From assembly GCF_009914755.1 (NCBI RefSeq), contig NC_060940.1: 64,000 nt of DNA, one strand, 5' to 3'. Positions 12,791 through 29,228 of this stretch are shown here, one piece after another. Positions within the stretch are counted from its first letter, which is position 1, and every line of letters begins with the position of its first letter. The notes beneath the pieces are model-generated. The model was not told the origin of the DNA and did not search any database. It worked only from the letters and a program-made list of their open reading frames with translations. The position numbers and the translations under genes were made by a program. Origin of the DNA: the human T2T-CHM13v2.0 reference genome, Homo sapiens.

Positions 12791-13740
12791 CCAGGTCTAA
12801 AATACCACTACCATAGCAGAGAGAAAAGATTAGATTGGAACTCCAGAACCGAAACACATGCTTTCATTTGAGCATTTCCTGGCTTGTGAGCCAGGCACAA
12901 TGATTTTGAATAACTGAGCTGCTATTTAAAAAAAAAGAAAAAAAAAATCGTGCAACTGAATTCTAAAGAAAATTTCTTGTGGCTTCATTGTTAAACCTTA
13001 ACCATCCCTTCGCTGTGAATCACCACCAAACTGTTCACTGTGCTTTAGTTAGCGCCAATTAACTCCTTACAATTGAGCATATTTTCCACTATTACAGGGG
13101 CTGCATAAAATCTTCCAACTGGGGAGGCCCAGAAACATCAGAATCCAAACCAGATGATGATCCACATCTCATTGTGACCCAAAATAAACCAGTCACGGCT
13201 GTAAAGGATTACAAATAAAATCCTATTAAAATCTAGCATGCACCAGGTCCTCTAAAATAGCACAAGACCACAACTATGAGTGTTCTGGGAGAATATGCTT
13301 CCTCTATTTTGGGGGGAAAGTAAAAAGTATAAAAAAAAATAACTAGCATCTATTCCTTTTTCCTCTTGGTAATAAAAAGCACAGGTTTTGGCTGGGCATC
13401 TTCTGCCTCTTACATACAGAGTCTCTTCCTCACCTCCAGGGGTGGGCTCTGATTGGCTTAAACCAAGCTACATACTCCAGGAAGCCATTCTGATTGGTTC
13501 AAACCTAATAAAATGTGAGCCAATGAGAGAGGAGATCTAGTTGCTAGAGATTAAAAAAAAAAAAAAAACACCTTTCATGCCTACCTGAGATAACTACAGG
13601 GAAGGGCATGGGGATAAGGAAACAGAGGACTTATATGCTATAAGTCTGGTATTTATTTTTGCTATAAATACTCTATTATAAATTAATGAAAAAAATCACG
13701 GTAAAATCTCTGTGACACAAGAACTCTCACATTTGTTTCC

Positions 13741-14027
13741 TTTTTTTTTTTCTTTTTCTTTTCTTCTCTTTCTTTTTTTTTTTTTGATGGAGCCTGGAGT
13801 ACAGTAGTTCAATCTTGTCTCACTGCAACCTCCGCTTCCCAGGTTCAAGCAATTCTCCTGTCTCAGCCTCCCGAGTAGCTGGGATTATAGGCATGTGCCA
13901 CCACACCTAGCTAATTTTTGTATTTTTAGCAGAGACGTGGTTTCACCATGTTGGTCAGGCTGGTCTCGAACTCCTCACCTCAGGTGATCCACCTGCTTCG
14001 GCCTCCCAAAGAGCCACCGTGCCCAGT
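13741..14027 (-). mobile_element. AluS with two short internal deletions
   Basis: Poly(T) then Alu antisense; lacks the TCTCGCTCTGTCGCCCAG and TGCTGGGATTACAGGCGT blocks; flanks CATTTGTTT on both sides. Confidence 0.95.
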
Positions 14028-15664
14028 TCATTTGTTTTCTTAATGCCCCAGGTTGCATCTAAAAGAAGATGTGGGAAATACAAAGGACTCCTGCAAGCTC
14101 CTGGCAGCCATTTTGAATCATGAGGGGCATTGCTGTTAGGGTGAGGAAGAAAAGAAGAAGGTGGAGAGAAGAGATGGGAAACATCCCTGTGCCTTGGGTT
14201 AAATCCCATTTGAGGCCATATCTCCTTGTGGAATATTCATTTACTCAAATCAATAAATCCCTTTTGACGTTCAAGGCAACTTGAACTGGACTTTCTATTA
14301 ACTTCAAACATCAGATTTCTGGTATATAATTAGTATTAACTAAGACCAGGAACCTGACTTATCTCAGCCCTAATTTCCAAATCTAGTCAGAGAGAATGAA
14401 AGTCTTTAGGGTTGTTGAGAGAATTAAATGAGCAAATAACCTATATAGACTGTTAGTACAGTGCTTGGTTATCATAAGCACTTTATAAATTTTAACTATT
14501 ATTATCCCTGAAATAACCTACCTGTACAAAACTGTATCATGAACACAACATTTTTTCTGGGCTTATAAACGTTAATCCTGACTTCCATATAGAAGCGTTT
14601 TTTGATAATGAATAAAGATGGTATAACCTTCCTCAGAGCTTTCCAAAAAAATAAAAGAGGAAAGACAGCACATTCTTCCACCGAAATGTGAGAACATTTG
14701 GTAGTTCCTTTATATACCAGGAAAACAAAGGATACGTGGGGGTTACATGAGAAGAAACAATTTTGAATGAACAAGCAATCGAATTGGTTTAAAAATGAGC
14801 AAGAGAGAGAACTTGTACAACAAGCGTGTCAGACAAACCCAGAGGTCTGCAAATAACATGGACTGCCTGGGGAGGTAGCAAGTTCCCCACTCCACCCAAA
14901 GTGCAAGCAAACATACTGTGGCCATTTGTCATAGTGGAGCATACAGCGAGTACTGGCCCCACTGAGCTTTAAGGCTGCCTACTAGACTGATACTCCCTTG
15001 TTCTCTTCCTGAGGCCCTTTGTCCCACGTTACTTAGATGGAGGGAAGTGGAAAGGTATTTTGTATTTACAGGTAAAATAACTATCCACCTCTCAGCCCCA
15101 CAGTGCAGTTTGGCCTGGGGAGGTAGGACTTTGGGGAATCAAATCTTATCTAGGTTCAGTTCCTCACTCTGCTACTCAGATCTTACTCTATATGCTCAGT
15201 GGCAAACAACCTCACACTGCTGGTTCTCAGTTTCCTCATTTGTTAGAAAAACAAAAGAGAGAAAATATGGTCGGGCTTGAGATTATACAGATGTAGATGA
15301 GATGAGCTATGCAAAGCACTTAGCCTAACCAGACAAAGCCACTTTCCGATTCCACCCTTTCAAATCTCCCTGAGTTCCTCCTTCAGGACGTGTGTTTATT
15401 TATTTCTCTCACCACACACCATCAATCAGTTTTGTACTAAACATGTTAAATATTAAGTCATTCTGCTAAATCAGTGGTGACTCGGGTATTTTTATTATTT
15501 CCCATTTAACAGACGAAAATGTGGCACAGGAAGGTTATATGACTTGTCCAAGTTCATACAACTAGTAGATGCCAGGATTCGTTGGAATTTGAACACAGTC
15601 TGACTCCAGAGTTCCATGCCTTAACTAGTGAATCATTCCGCTTTTCACTTAATTGATTAATAAA

Positions 15665-16275
<611 letters not shown>

Positions 16276-17227
16276 TAACTTTCTTGGGAGTGTACCGTTT
16301 GGTACTCTAGTCTATTCCCAGCACTTAAAACAGTGCCTGGCATATAGTAAGTGTTCAATAAATATTGAAATAATCAATGAAGAATAAGTGAATAAACAGA
16401 ATATTCTTCAACAAGTGTTAATTCCCTCTTCCTTCCTCTCCCCTAAGGAGGTAGAAACATTTGAATTCAAATCTCTTGCACTCTTCTTGAATCTGAGGTT
16501 TTGCACAAAATTTGCCCAAATTACATATAATCAAGTATCCATCATAGAGATGAATTCAGATAATTAGACCAAAAATACAATCTACAAATTCCCATGCAAT
16601 GCATTTGTCTGAAAAAGGTATTTGCCTGGAATTTCAACCAAACCCAATGTCCCTTTAACGCCACTAAGGAGAAGCTCAGCCTGGTGAATAACAGGACATT
16701 TGAGTACTGGAATAAATGATGATTAGAAGACACCCGTGGCAAAGCTGCCTCATAGCAAGATTAATTTGGGGGCGAGAAGAGGGTGGTTATTAATGTGTCC
16801 GGGAGACAACTCCAGGCACTGTTTCCCTGATGGGAGCAGAATCTCAGGTTATTTATAGCCACTTCTCAGGAGGAACATGGCACAGGGCATCCGAGGAGAG
16901 AACCACGCCAAGGTGCGCTAATGGAACTTTGAGGATAATTTACTGCTCAAGTTCAAGGACTTTTGCAACAAGAAAGAGCCTCTCAAACTCCCAGCAATCT
17001 CTACCCAGGAAGGAGATGAACGTGACTGTGCAGGTCTGTCATTCAAGATTCGCCATCTCATCAATCTCATCTTCTCCCACTGTCCCCCTGGCTCACTCCT
17101 CTCCAGCCACCGCAGCCTCAGGCAGCTCCTCAAACATGAAAACACACTCCCACCACAGGGTTTTCATTTGTGCCCTTTCCTCTGCATGGACACACTTTTC
17201 TGACACCCTTTTAAACTATAGGCTTCC

Positions 17228-17340
17228 GATCACCTGATACTAGTAATTGAAGGGTGTAGTGAGCTATAACTGTGCTGCTGCACTCTAGCCTGGGTGACAG
17301 AGACCAAAAAAAATTAAACTAAAAGTTGAAAAGAATAAAA
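17228..17340 (+). mobile_element. AluJ/FRAM 3' fragment
   Basis: GTGAGCTAT…CTGCACTCTAGCCTGGGTGACAGAG followed by an A-rich tail. Confidence 0.75.
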
Positions 17341-17630
17341 TATAAACTTCCTTTTCTGCTTCCCTGCTTTGCATTTTTCTACAGCTCTTACCAAATCCAT
17401 GCTTGCTTTGCCCCGAGTTTGCTGTGTGATCTTGGGCTAATCACTATCTCTCTCTGGGTTTTAGCTTCCCATCTACAAAATGAGGGCAGTGGTTGACAAT
17501 TCTCTAAAATCCTTTCTAGCATTCACATCCCACATCTCTGGGTGCAAATAATGTAAATAAGCTTGATGCTGTGCTGGTCAAAATACATAGTTTCAGGCTT
17601 ATTTATCAATAACAAGAAAGTGACATTGTA

Positions 17631-18262
17631 CATAGTCACTTCTTGTTATTTTCAGTAAAGTCACCACCAACTCCCAATTAGCCAATCCTGAGCCATGGCT
17701 CCTAAGAGAAATACAGGGTTGGGTTCCTGCAAGCCTCTGACCACAACATTTTTATCAATCAATCAATGCATAACCTTGTTTTTTGTATATATGTGTTTAA
17801 AGGCATCTTATGTAACATATACTGATTCACTAACACTGAGCTCACAGTCAAGAGTACAGTAACACGTTCCTGAGCAACACTTATCCAACACATGTATGTC
17901 CTTCTTCAGGCATGTCACAGCCTTTGGAACACAAGGTAGCACTTCCACACTTTATTTGGGGAACAATTTTAAACAGCAAAGTCACCAAGAAAAAGCACAC
18001 AAATGTGACAAATATGGCACTAAACAGACTACAAAAAAAGATATTTGTTTATCGTATGACAGCTGAAACAAGATGGCAGAGTGTTGCCCCGTTTCCCCTA
18101 AGCTAGGAATGTTTTCATCACCTGATTAACATTTTTCAGGGCTCTGCACATTTCTGTGAATGATTGTGAAAGTGTCACGAGTATTGATTCGGGGGTTACA
18201 AATAAATTTTAGCAAGTAAGCAAATTCACAAATACAGAGTCTGGGAATAATGAAGATCAATT
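17631..18262 (-). mobile_element. MER82 (TcMar-Tigger)
   Basis: GAAATACAGGGTTGGGTTCCTGC; GAGTATTGATTCGGGGGTTACAAATAAATTTTAGCAAGTAAGCAAATTCACAAATAC…GAATAATGAAGATCAA. Confidence 0.85.
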
Positions 18263-18483
18263 TATAGTTTACAAAGATAATTATTATTTGCCTTCCCCAC
18301 CACAATGTAAGCTCCAAGAAAGCAGGTGTTTTTCTGTTTTGTTCACCACTTTCTCTCTAGCTCCTAGAATATATACACTCTTAACAAATATTGGTGACAT
18401 AAATAAGCCTGAAGATATCTATTTTGACCAGACACAGTATCGAGTTTATTTAAATTATTTGCACACAGAGATGTGGGATGTGA

Positions 18484-18938
<455 letters not shown>

Positions 18939-19229
18939 GAGCATGGATTTCTTAAGCCATTCCATTTTACTATATTTCCAGCACCTTACAGACATGATCT
19001 TTGTTATTATTGGGATGTCTCAGAGCATCTGGCTCAGGGCTTAGAACAGAGTGGTTGTTCAATAAATGCTGACAGGCTGGATTACAGAAAAGGTAGGGGA
19101 TATTCCTAGAAGATGAAAAGGCAGACTGCACCTTCAGCTAAAGTCAGTCACATCAACTGGAAAGATTGACTTGATTTTCAGCAGTAGCTCTCTCAGGAAA
19201 AAGTTAATGGGGAATAAAGAGGAACTCTG

Positions 19230-19750
19230 TTTATCAGTCAAGACTTCATGTTCCAAGTAATGAAAAGATAAACTTGCTTTAAAATAAACAAGAGAGAGAA
19301 TTCATTGACTTGGGCAACAGAGAAGTCCAGAATTAGGGTGAATTTCAAATGTGGATTGAAAATAGCATTGGGGTAGCAGTTTTGCAGCTCTGCTTTTCTG
19401 CAAATCTCTTAGCTCGATTTGGTTTCTCTCACTAGCAAACTGTGTACAGGAGTCTAAGGCTTAGTATCTTCCCAACACAGCATTCAGAAGAAAAGAGCTT
19501 CTATGGTCCAGCACTCCCACCTGGAGATTCTCACCTGAGATTCACTGTAATTAGACTGGCTTAAGTCATGTGGTCACCCCTGAACCAATCACCATAGCCA
19601 GGAGGGTGTAAGCTGCTGATTGGCTGAGCAGGATCACATGGTCTAATCATGGAGCTAAGTATTGGTATCAGCACCTGAAGAATTTTCTATCGAAATTCAG
19701 GGATGGTAGAAAGACGGGAGAGGGGAATGAATACCAAGAAACAATGGTTT
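19230..19750 (-). mobile_element. MLT1J/K-like LTR
   Basis: TATCAGTCAAGACT start; …CCCTGAACCAATCACCATAGCCAGG. Confidence 0.6.
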
Positions 19751-19951
19751 TCCACACTATATAGACGTATGAGGCCAGACACCTCCAACGAACTTCCAAT
19801 GCAGGAACAGAGATTTGAGAAATTGTTAATTGTTTTAAAGAATTTATTGCTGCACATATTATTGCTCCAGGTTCCATGCTAGGTTCTAGGGATACAGAGG
19901 TGAAAAACTCCTAATCCTCATCCACAAAAATAGCTCACAGGTAATTCATAA

Positions 19952-20422
<471 letters not shown>

Positions 20423-21079
20423 TAACATCTTTTTGAATATCATATGTACACTAGGGACAGAAATGTGCACTCAATGAACCCTTTGGCAGTTATTAGTCCC
20501 AGAATATTAGAAGCGTTTGGCTTTTTCCAGTGACTGTCTTTGAGAGAATCAGTGGTCTCCTCCCGACAAGGCACTCTGCATTTCTTACATAACTTGCAGC
20601 ATCTCCAACTAGGAAGACTTGGCCCCGCATCCATTACAATACCCCAGAGAGATTCCCATAACTTCATTCTCGTGCTGCTGTCAGAGAGCTACTCTACTGT
20701 GAAGCATTCTAAGTGAGAAACAAGCCGTGGGCAGGAACCTCTCCATGTTCCGTTGATAGCTGTCAGGAGGGAGAGGGTTTACAGCAAAATCACTTCCGCT
20801 ACTTTTACTTGGGGTTTGTGCCAAAGCGTGCTGATCCTTCAGGACTCTGCTCAGATCCAGACTTCAGAATAGCGAGGTGTGGGGAGCTGAGGGTGGAAGG
20901 GCCCCTGGAGGAAGTGCTAGCTCCATGAGTCTGCGGTGCCATGCAGGTCAAGGTAGTGACCTGTGTGGCCCTACGTGCCAGGTGATGGACTAGGGGAATT
21001 GCTTGCACAAGCCCTGGAATAGAGTAGATGGTAAATAAGTGTTAAATTATGTGTAGGAATGTGACAGCAGAAAAGAGGT

Positions 21080-21968
<889 letters not shown>

Positions 21969-22184
21969 ACGATGGAGGCAGAAGAAGGATTCTATGGTTG
22001 GAAACCTGCCAGACTCACAGGCTACGGAGAAGAAAGGCTAAATCCACCAGACTGTTGGATGCACCTAAAACAAATTGCCCTCCGTGGCTTGGTTTCTTAT
22101 TAATATACTCATAGAAATGCACAAGAACTGAAAGCTCGATAGGGAAACCAAAAAATAAAAATTAAAAAAAAAAAGCTGTAAACC

Positions 22185-22385
22185 AATGTTTCTTAAAACA
22201 TGCTCTGCAGAACACTCGTTTGGTGGAACGTAAAGTGTTCTTTCATATTAAAGGAGTTGCGTGTTAATCGTGTTTCTCTGTCGTAGGACTCTCATTGCAT
22301 TAATATGTCAGTTTCCATTGTGAATTTCTCAGGAGAGAGAGGCGAGTCTGTGATATTCCTCAAATGCATGAGGTCATGGAATCTA
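22185..22385 (+). mobile_element. MER103-like hAT-Charlie relic
   Basis: CAATGTTTCTTAAA…GAACACT; TAGGACT…TTAATATG…CATTGTGAATTTCTC. Confidence 0.55.
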
Positions 22386-22683
22386 AGAGCAGAAGAGCAT
22401 TAGGATAGCAGAACAGCTTTGATAGCACAACAGCTCCTTGCATGTGGTGGAAATCACAAGTTCAGGGGGACATTTTACTGGCTGTATTGTCAGTAGGATG
22501 AATACTACACGCTGCATCTTCTGAACTATAATACGGTATCCCTGAGAAACAAAATTAGAGGAAATATTGATCACATCTCACCATTTCCAGCTAAAACTAA
22601 GATGCAGAGTCTGCAATGCCCCAAAATAAATGTGCTCATTCCCTGAACACATGGGGCCTTTGTCTTATTTTGTCCTTTGTCTT

Positions 22684-23106
<423 letters not shown>

Positions 23107-24141
23107 TAACTTACACAGTACTTAGATACCTGTTATACCTGGTCCACCTTTATTATCACAAGTTCACAGAAATTGGGAGCTAAAGAGACCTTTAAGGCAG
23201 AAATAGGAGAATTGAATCATCTTGACCTCTAGGCACATACCAGACACGATGCTAACCCATTTTTACATTTTTTCGGTGACTTCCCCATGACAACTCTATA
23301 TCTTTTATACAAAAGGACTTCTGTAGCCTAATAAATTTAGGCTTTCGTTTTGATTCTCAACAGATACAGAAACTGAGATCAGAGACAATGGCTTGATTGA
23401 GCTCATTTCACTCCATGAAAAATATTTTGGAATAAGAGATTTTTATCTCCTCTACACTGATATTTTATACTTCTTTCAGCCACGCAATATTGTGCATCCC
23501 CAAGAAGCTCTCTGCTTCTTATTCAATGCTTGTCAACCTCTGCCCCTCTGGCAAATTTCTTCTAATGGGTAGCATCCAGGAAGCCCCTGTTCCCTTTGTG
23601 TGCCCCCGCTATTTTCCACATTATGTTTGATCTCAACATTCCACTGAAAATTGGATATTGATAGTAGCCTGCTATGATAATGAACAATTCATGTCTCAAT
23701 GTGAAAAGGCATTTAAGACACCTGTTTTCATGAGTAATTATAGATAATTGCTATGGTGGATGAAGTTTTTTAAAATTATTATTGCACAGAAAAGGTCTTG
23801 AGAAACAGAGCAATTAATTTCCTGATACCTTACCAAGAGTGAGTGCGACGTTAACCCTCACTTTGGGAAGTATTTGTAGGTAATTGGGCTTGGCTGCTTG
23901 CAACGAGGGGAACGTGAATTATATTCCAGAGTAGGCTCCTGACATATCCCAGCCATGGATAACTTTCTTTTTAACGTTTTGTTCAGCATTTACTCCTTCC
24001 TTCATTCATTCTAGGAACACTTGTTAGATACCTCCTATTGGTCAATTGCCTCGTTAAATGCTGGGGTTGCAATGACTCAGCTTCATTCACTCATTCGTTC
24101 AACAATCAGATGATACTATGTGCAAGGGCCCTGGATATTTA

Positions 24142-24462
<321 letters not shown>

Positions 24463-24591
24463 TTATGATTATAAAGCCCTAATACAACAGCATAAGTCCA
24501 TTTTCCTAAAGAAATATTCTTGCCCTCTGAACCAGTAACTCCACATCTAAGAAGTTTTCTTAAAGAAATTATATTAAAATTATGAGCAATC

Positions 24592-24893
<302 letters not shown>

Positions 24894-24967
24894 AAAATTA
24901 TGAACAATCTAAATATTTATCAAGAGTAGAAAAATGCTAAATGAATCATAATAATCTGTAGTTATTA

Positions 24968-25333
24968 ATATACCATGGAATACTACGCAGCCATAAAAAA
25001 TGACGAGTTCATGTCCTTTGTAGGGACATGGATGAAACTGGAAACCATCATTCTCAGCAAACTATCACAAGGACAAAAAACCAAACACCGCATGTTCTCA
25101 CTCATAGGTGGGAATTGAACAATGAGAACACATGGACACAGGAAGGGGAACATCACACACTGGGGACTGTTGTGGGGTTAGGGGAGCGGGGAGGGATAGC
25201 ATTAGGAGATATACCTAATGCTAAATGACGAGTTAATGGGTGCAGCACACCAACATGGCACATGTATACATATGTAACAAATCTGCACGTTGTGCACATG
25301 TACCCTAAAACTTAAAGTATAATAATAATAAAA
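24968..25333 (+). mobile_element. Young L1PA (L1PA3/4-like) 3' end, about 365 bp
   Basis: Near-consensus 3' UTR: TAGCATTAGGAGATATACCTAATGCTAAATGACGAG…TACCCTAAAACTTAAAGTATAATAA. Confidence 0.95.
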
Positions 25334-25449
25334 TTTTTTTAAAAAATGTATCTTATGAGAAAGATATAATGTGTGGAAGCAATTTTGATATATTAGAAAG
25401 AGGGAAGGCTTGCAAAATAAAAAAAAAAGAATAACATAAGCCAAAAAAA

Positions 25450-26015
25450 AATAGAACCCCCATATGATCCAGCAATTCCTCATCTGGATATTTATCCCAA
25501 GTAATTGAAATCAGGATCTTAAAGAGATATTAGCATTTCCACATTGATTGCAACACTATATAGAATGTGGAAATAAATGTCCATCAACACATGAACGAAT
25601 AAAGAAAATGTGGTATATACATATAGTGGAATACTATTCAGCATTGAAAAGGAGGAAATTTTGCAATACATAACAACATGGATGAACTTTGAGAACTTCA
25701 TGCTATGTGAAATAAACCAGTCACGGAACATCGTATACAGAAGACTGAAGATTTCATTTATTTGAGGTGTGTATAAGAGTCAAATTCATAAAATCAAAGA
25801 GTGGAATGGTGGTTACCAGGGTTGAGGGGAAAGGAGACATAGGGCATTACTCGTCAACAGCCATAAAGTTTCAGTTAAAACAAGATGAAAAACTCCAGAG
25901 ATTTGCTGTACAGCATCATACCTATAGTCAAAAATGATGGGTTGTACACTTAACATTTTGTTAAGAGGGATAGACCTCATGTTATGTATTCTTACCACAA
26001 TAAAACAAAATTTTT
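25450..26015 (+). mobile_element. L1MA9/L1MB-like 3' end
   Basis: CATATGATCCAGCAATTCC; GTTAAGAGGGATAGACCTCATGTTATGTATTCTTACCACAATAAAA. Confidence 0.85.
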
Positions 26016-26344
26016 AAAACGAATAATATAAGCCAAAATGGAAGCAGCAGTTCTATTCAGGGAGTGCTATGGGAACGGAAGTTAAATTCGTGGGTAAGGT
26101 TAGAGTACATTTGATCTGGTGAACTTTTCTGCATTTCCTAAGTTCCAACAATAAACATGTATTGCTTACATAATTAGGAAGTAGAAGCAAAATAAGTAGT
26201 GTAGAGGTTTGGGTTCTGCAGACGAGCCTTGGAAGATACAAAGCTAAGTCCAAAAGTGATGCTAATGACCTTAATGACAACAGTGAAAATTTACCAGGTC
26301 TCAGGGTTGGAGATAACCACATAGGCTGATTCTTTCTGCAACTC

Positions 26345-27182
26345 TGATTCCCAACCTTGGCTTCAGATAATCAGCTCTGACGCTTTTAGAATGTAGAAAT
26401 GCTCAAGTTAATCCCCACAACACACACATCTCAAGAGATTTGGTCTTGGGTAGGGCTGGACATTGGTACTTCTTAGATTTCCCAGGCAGTTATAAGATAT
26501 AGCAGCCAAGGTTGAGAGCTACCACATCACTGATTCTCAAACTTGACTGCACATAAGAATTATCTGATAAACTTTACAAAAATGCAGATTCCTGGCTAGC
26601 ACGGTCATGCCTGTAATCCCAGCACTTTGGGAAGCCAAGGTGGGCAGATCACCTGAACTCAGAAGTTTGAGACCAGCCTGGGCAACATGACAAAACCCTG
26701 TCTCTACAAAAAATACAAAAATTAGCTGGGTGTAGTGGTACACACCTGTAGTCCTAGCTACTGGGAGGCTAAGGTGGGAGGATCATCTGAGCCCAGGAGG
26801 CAGAGGTTTCAGTGAGCCGAGATTGTGCCATTGTACTCCAGCTTGGGTGACAGAGCGAGACTCTGTTTCAAAAAAAAAAAAAAAAAAAAAAACTGACTCC
26901 TGGGTACCACCCAGAGATTCTAAGTTAACTAATCTTGGTGTGGTTTGGGCATTATGATACGTAAAATTTTCCAAGTGATTCTAATATACATCCAAGCTTG
27001 GGAAACATTGCTCTACATCCTTGTACTTAAAGAGCGGCCTGTAGATCATCAGTGATGGCACCACCTGGGAGCATGTAAGAAATGCAAAATCTCAGTCCCC
27101 ACCCCAGCCTGCTAAAACCTCGTCTGTGCATTAACAAGACATTCAGGTGAAGTGTGTGTATATTAAAGTTGGAGAAATACTG
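26345..27182. mobile_element. Three adjacent MER5-family (hAT-Charlie) MITEs: about 26345-26523, 26528-27010 (Alu-split) and 27040-27182
   Basis: Repeated TTC(C/T)CAA…, AAATGCA(G/A)A(T/A)T…, AGGTGA/AGTGATTCTAAT and …TTG(A/G)GA(A/G)…CTG termini. Confidence 0.7.
26594..26893 (+). mobile_element. Alu (J/Sz-like) inside a MER5
   Basis: Dimeric Alu with long A-tail. Confidence 0.95.
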
Positions 27183-28059
27183 TCCTAGATCATCCCAGAG
27201 AATAAACACCATGGCTCCAACAATCTTCCAAGTCAAATTGCCACAGACCCCCATTTCTATTCCATTCCCTTTCCCATGTCTTTGAAAAGGGGAAAGATCT
27301 AATTTAGGACAGTTCTGCAGCAGATAAAATATGGCTCTGCCCTTCTCCAGCTATATCCAGACTTTCAAACCCCACACAACCCAGCCAGAGGGCAAGAAAC
27401 GGCTTCTCCAAGCTGAAAGATCCAGATTTTTTATTATTCCACAGGACCACACTGGGAGGGAACAGAACAACCCCTGAAGAGGACATTTCACCACCGATCA
27501 GCTAGCTTCAAGAGGCCTCCCCGGAGTCCCCATATCTCCCCACAACAAAGTGAGCTGATTTTAATCAGCAGCTGCCATCTCATCTGCATTTGAGATCCCA
27601 TGAATATGCAAGCCGGGTGGATGGGGTCTCAAGGAAGAGGAATAATTGGCCCCTTATATTTGATATTCAGGACCGCTGTTCTCTTATGGTGCAGTTTTCC
27701 TCTCCAGCAATCTTGTGAGGGATTTAGGTCGCAGCAAATACCATGGGCATTATCCATCAGAACAGGATCAAAGGAAAGAAGGAGTGCATTTAAAAAAGTC
27801 CAGTGTGTGGTGTGATTACTTGATGATACTATTAAATTTCTCCTGTGTTTTGCAACCTCTCTGGAGAGGATTTGCAAATACCCTATGCCTCATTAGCCTT
27901 AAGCCAAAGCAGCCCTGAGCTTGCTGCACGGTAGGAGGTGTGCGCTGGTACCTAGCCCTCTGTAGCTATCTCCACCTTTAGGAAGGGAGAAATACAAGAC
28001 CTCTCTAAAGGCAAGGTAACATGGGATTGTTTATAGACCTGAAGTGTACAGATGTGACC

Positions 28060-28521
28060 TCCAGAACAGACACTGTTTTTGTCACTAGCATTTATTCTCT
28101 CTTCTTCCTTTAGGGAGTCACTCCCTCTTCGGCGCTAAATTTGCATGGTTTGGAGGGACCGATTGAATCAGGGATGGGTGTGACTCAGGCCCAGCCAATC
28201 AGAGCATCTCATTCTTCCAGCCACAGGGTTTGGGTGAGGGATGCACATGTGACCCGATAAGAGCCAATGAGAATTTAACTGGGACTGTTACAGGAAAGGG
28301 CAGGAGTGTTTATACCTGGGAAAATCTAAAATCAGTCTGCCAGCAGTCATCTTACTGCCACACAGGGCGATCCTATCTGAGACTAAAGCCAATACAGAGG
28401 AAAATAGATGAGAAAGACAATTGTGAGCCCCTGGATTCAGCCATACCTGAAGCCTGGGGGCTTATCTGAGCCAGTGAATGTCCTTCTTTTTGTTTCGAGT
28501 TGGGTTTCTATCATTGCCAAG
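28060..28521 (+). mobile_element. MLT1J/K-like LTR
   Basis: GCCAATCAGAG…ATGTGACCC…GCCAATGAGA; GAGCCCCTGGATTCAGCCATACCTGAAGCC; GAGTTGGGTTTCTATCA; ends CCTAACTGATA. Confidence 0.7.
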
Positions 28522-28910
28522 TGAATGAATCCTAACTGATAATGGGCTGTTTTGTTCATATCCTGTTTTGACACTACCTGGGGTTCTGTTTGTCACAGCC
28601 CTCACACTAAAGACAAGATAACGTAACATTCAGTCTTTCTAGTAATATCATTGAGCCCCTGCTGTGTCCAAGACACTGTTGTAGATGCGAAGGATAGTGC
28701 AACACATAAAATAGGCCACGTCCCTGCTCTTGTTGAATTTACATGAGCTTTGAGTCAGAAGGTTTAGAGTGAGGTTCCATTTTACAGATAAAGAAATTAA
28801 TGCTCAGACATACCCAACAACCTGCCCAAGGTGATCCAGAAAACATGTGATGGAATGAGAATTCAAACCCAGATTGGTTTTACCCCTTAGGTCTGTGTGA
28901 AAATCGAAAC

Positions 28911-29228
28911 CAGAAATTGAAAACTGGCAAAATTAGACCAGAATATGCCAAAAGATGTGTTTTATTTGGACCATGATTTTTTTTAAATGTAGAATTATTA
29001 GCCATCACTAAAACTCAGATTTTCTAACAGATCCAGATTTCTCAGTAGTACTGAAAAGTCAAAAGGTCTAGCAGCAACAGACTAGAACCCTCACATGGCA
29101 ATAGCTGGCTGGGGCGAGAGGAGGCTGCCCCCTCGAAACACAGTCCCATTCTCTTTGCCACAGTCTCTCCCTGGGCTACCTCTCTCACTTAAGTTAGTCC
29201 CTTTGGACATTTGAGTTTGCAAGCCCTG
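28911..29228 (+). mobile_element. MER102 (hAT-Charlie)
   Basis: GATGTGTTTTATTTGG; CACATGGCAATAG…GGCTGCCCCCT; ends CATTTGAGTTTGCAAGCCCTG. Confidence 0.75.
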
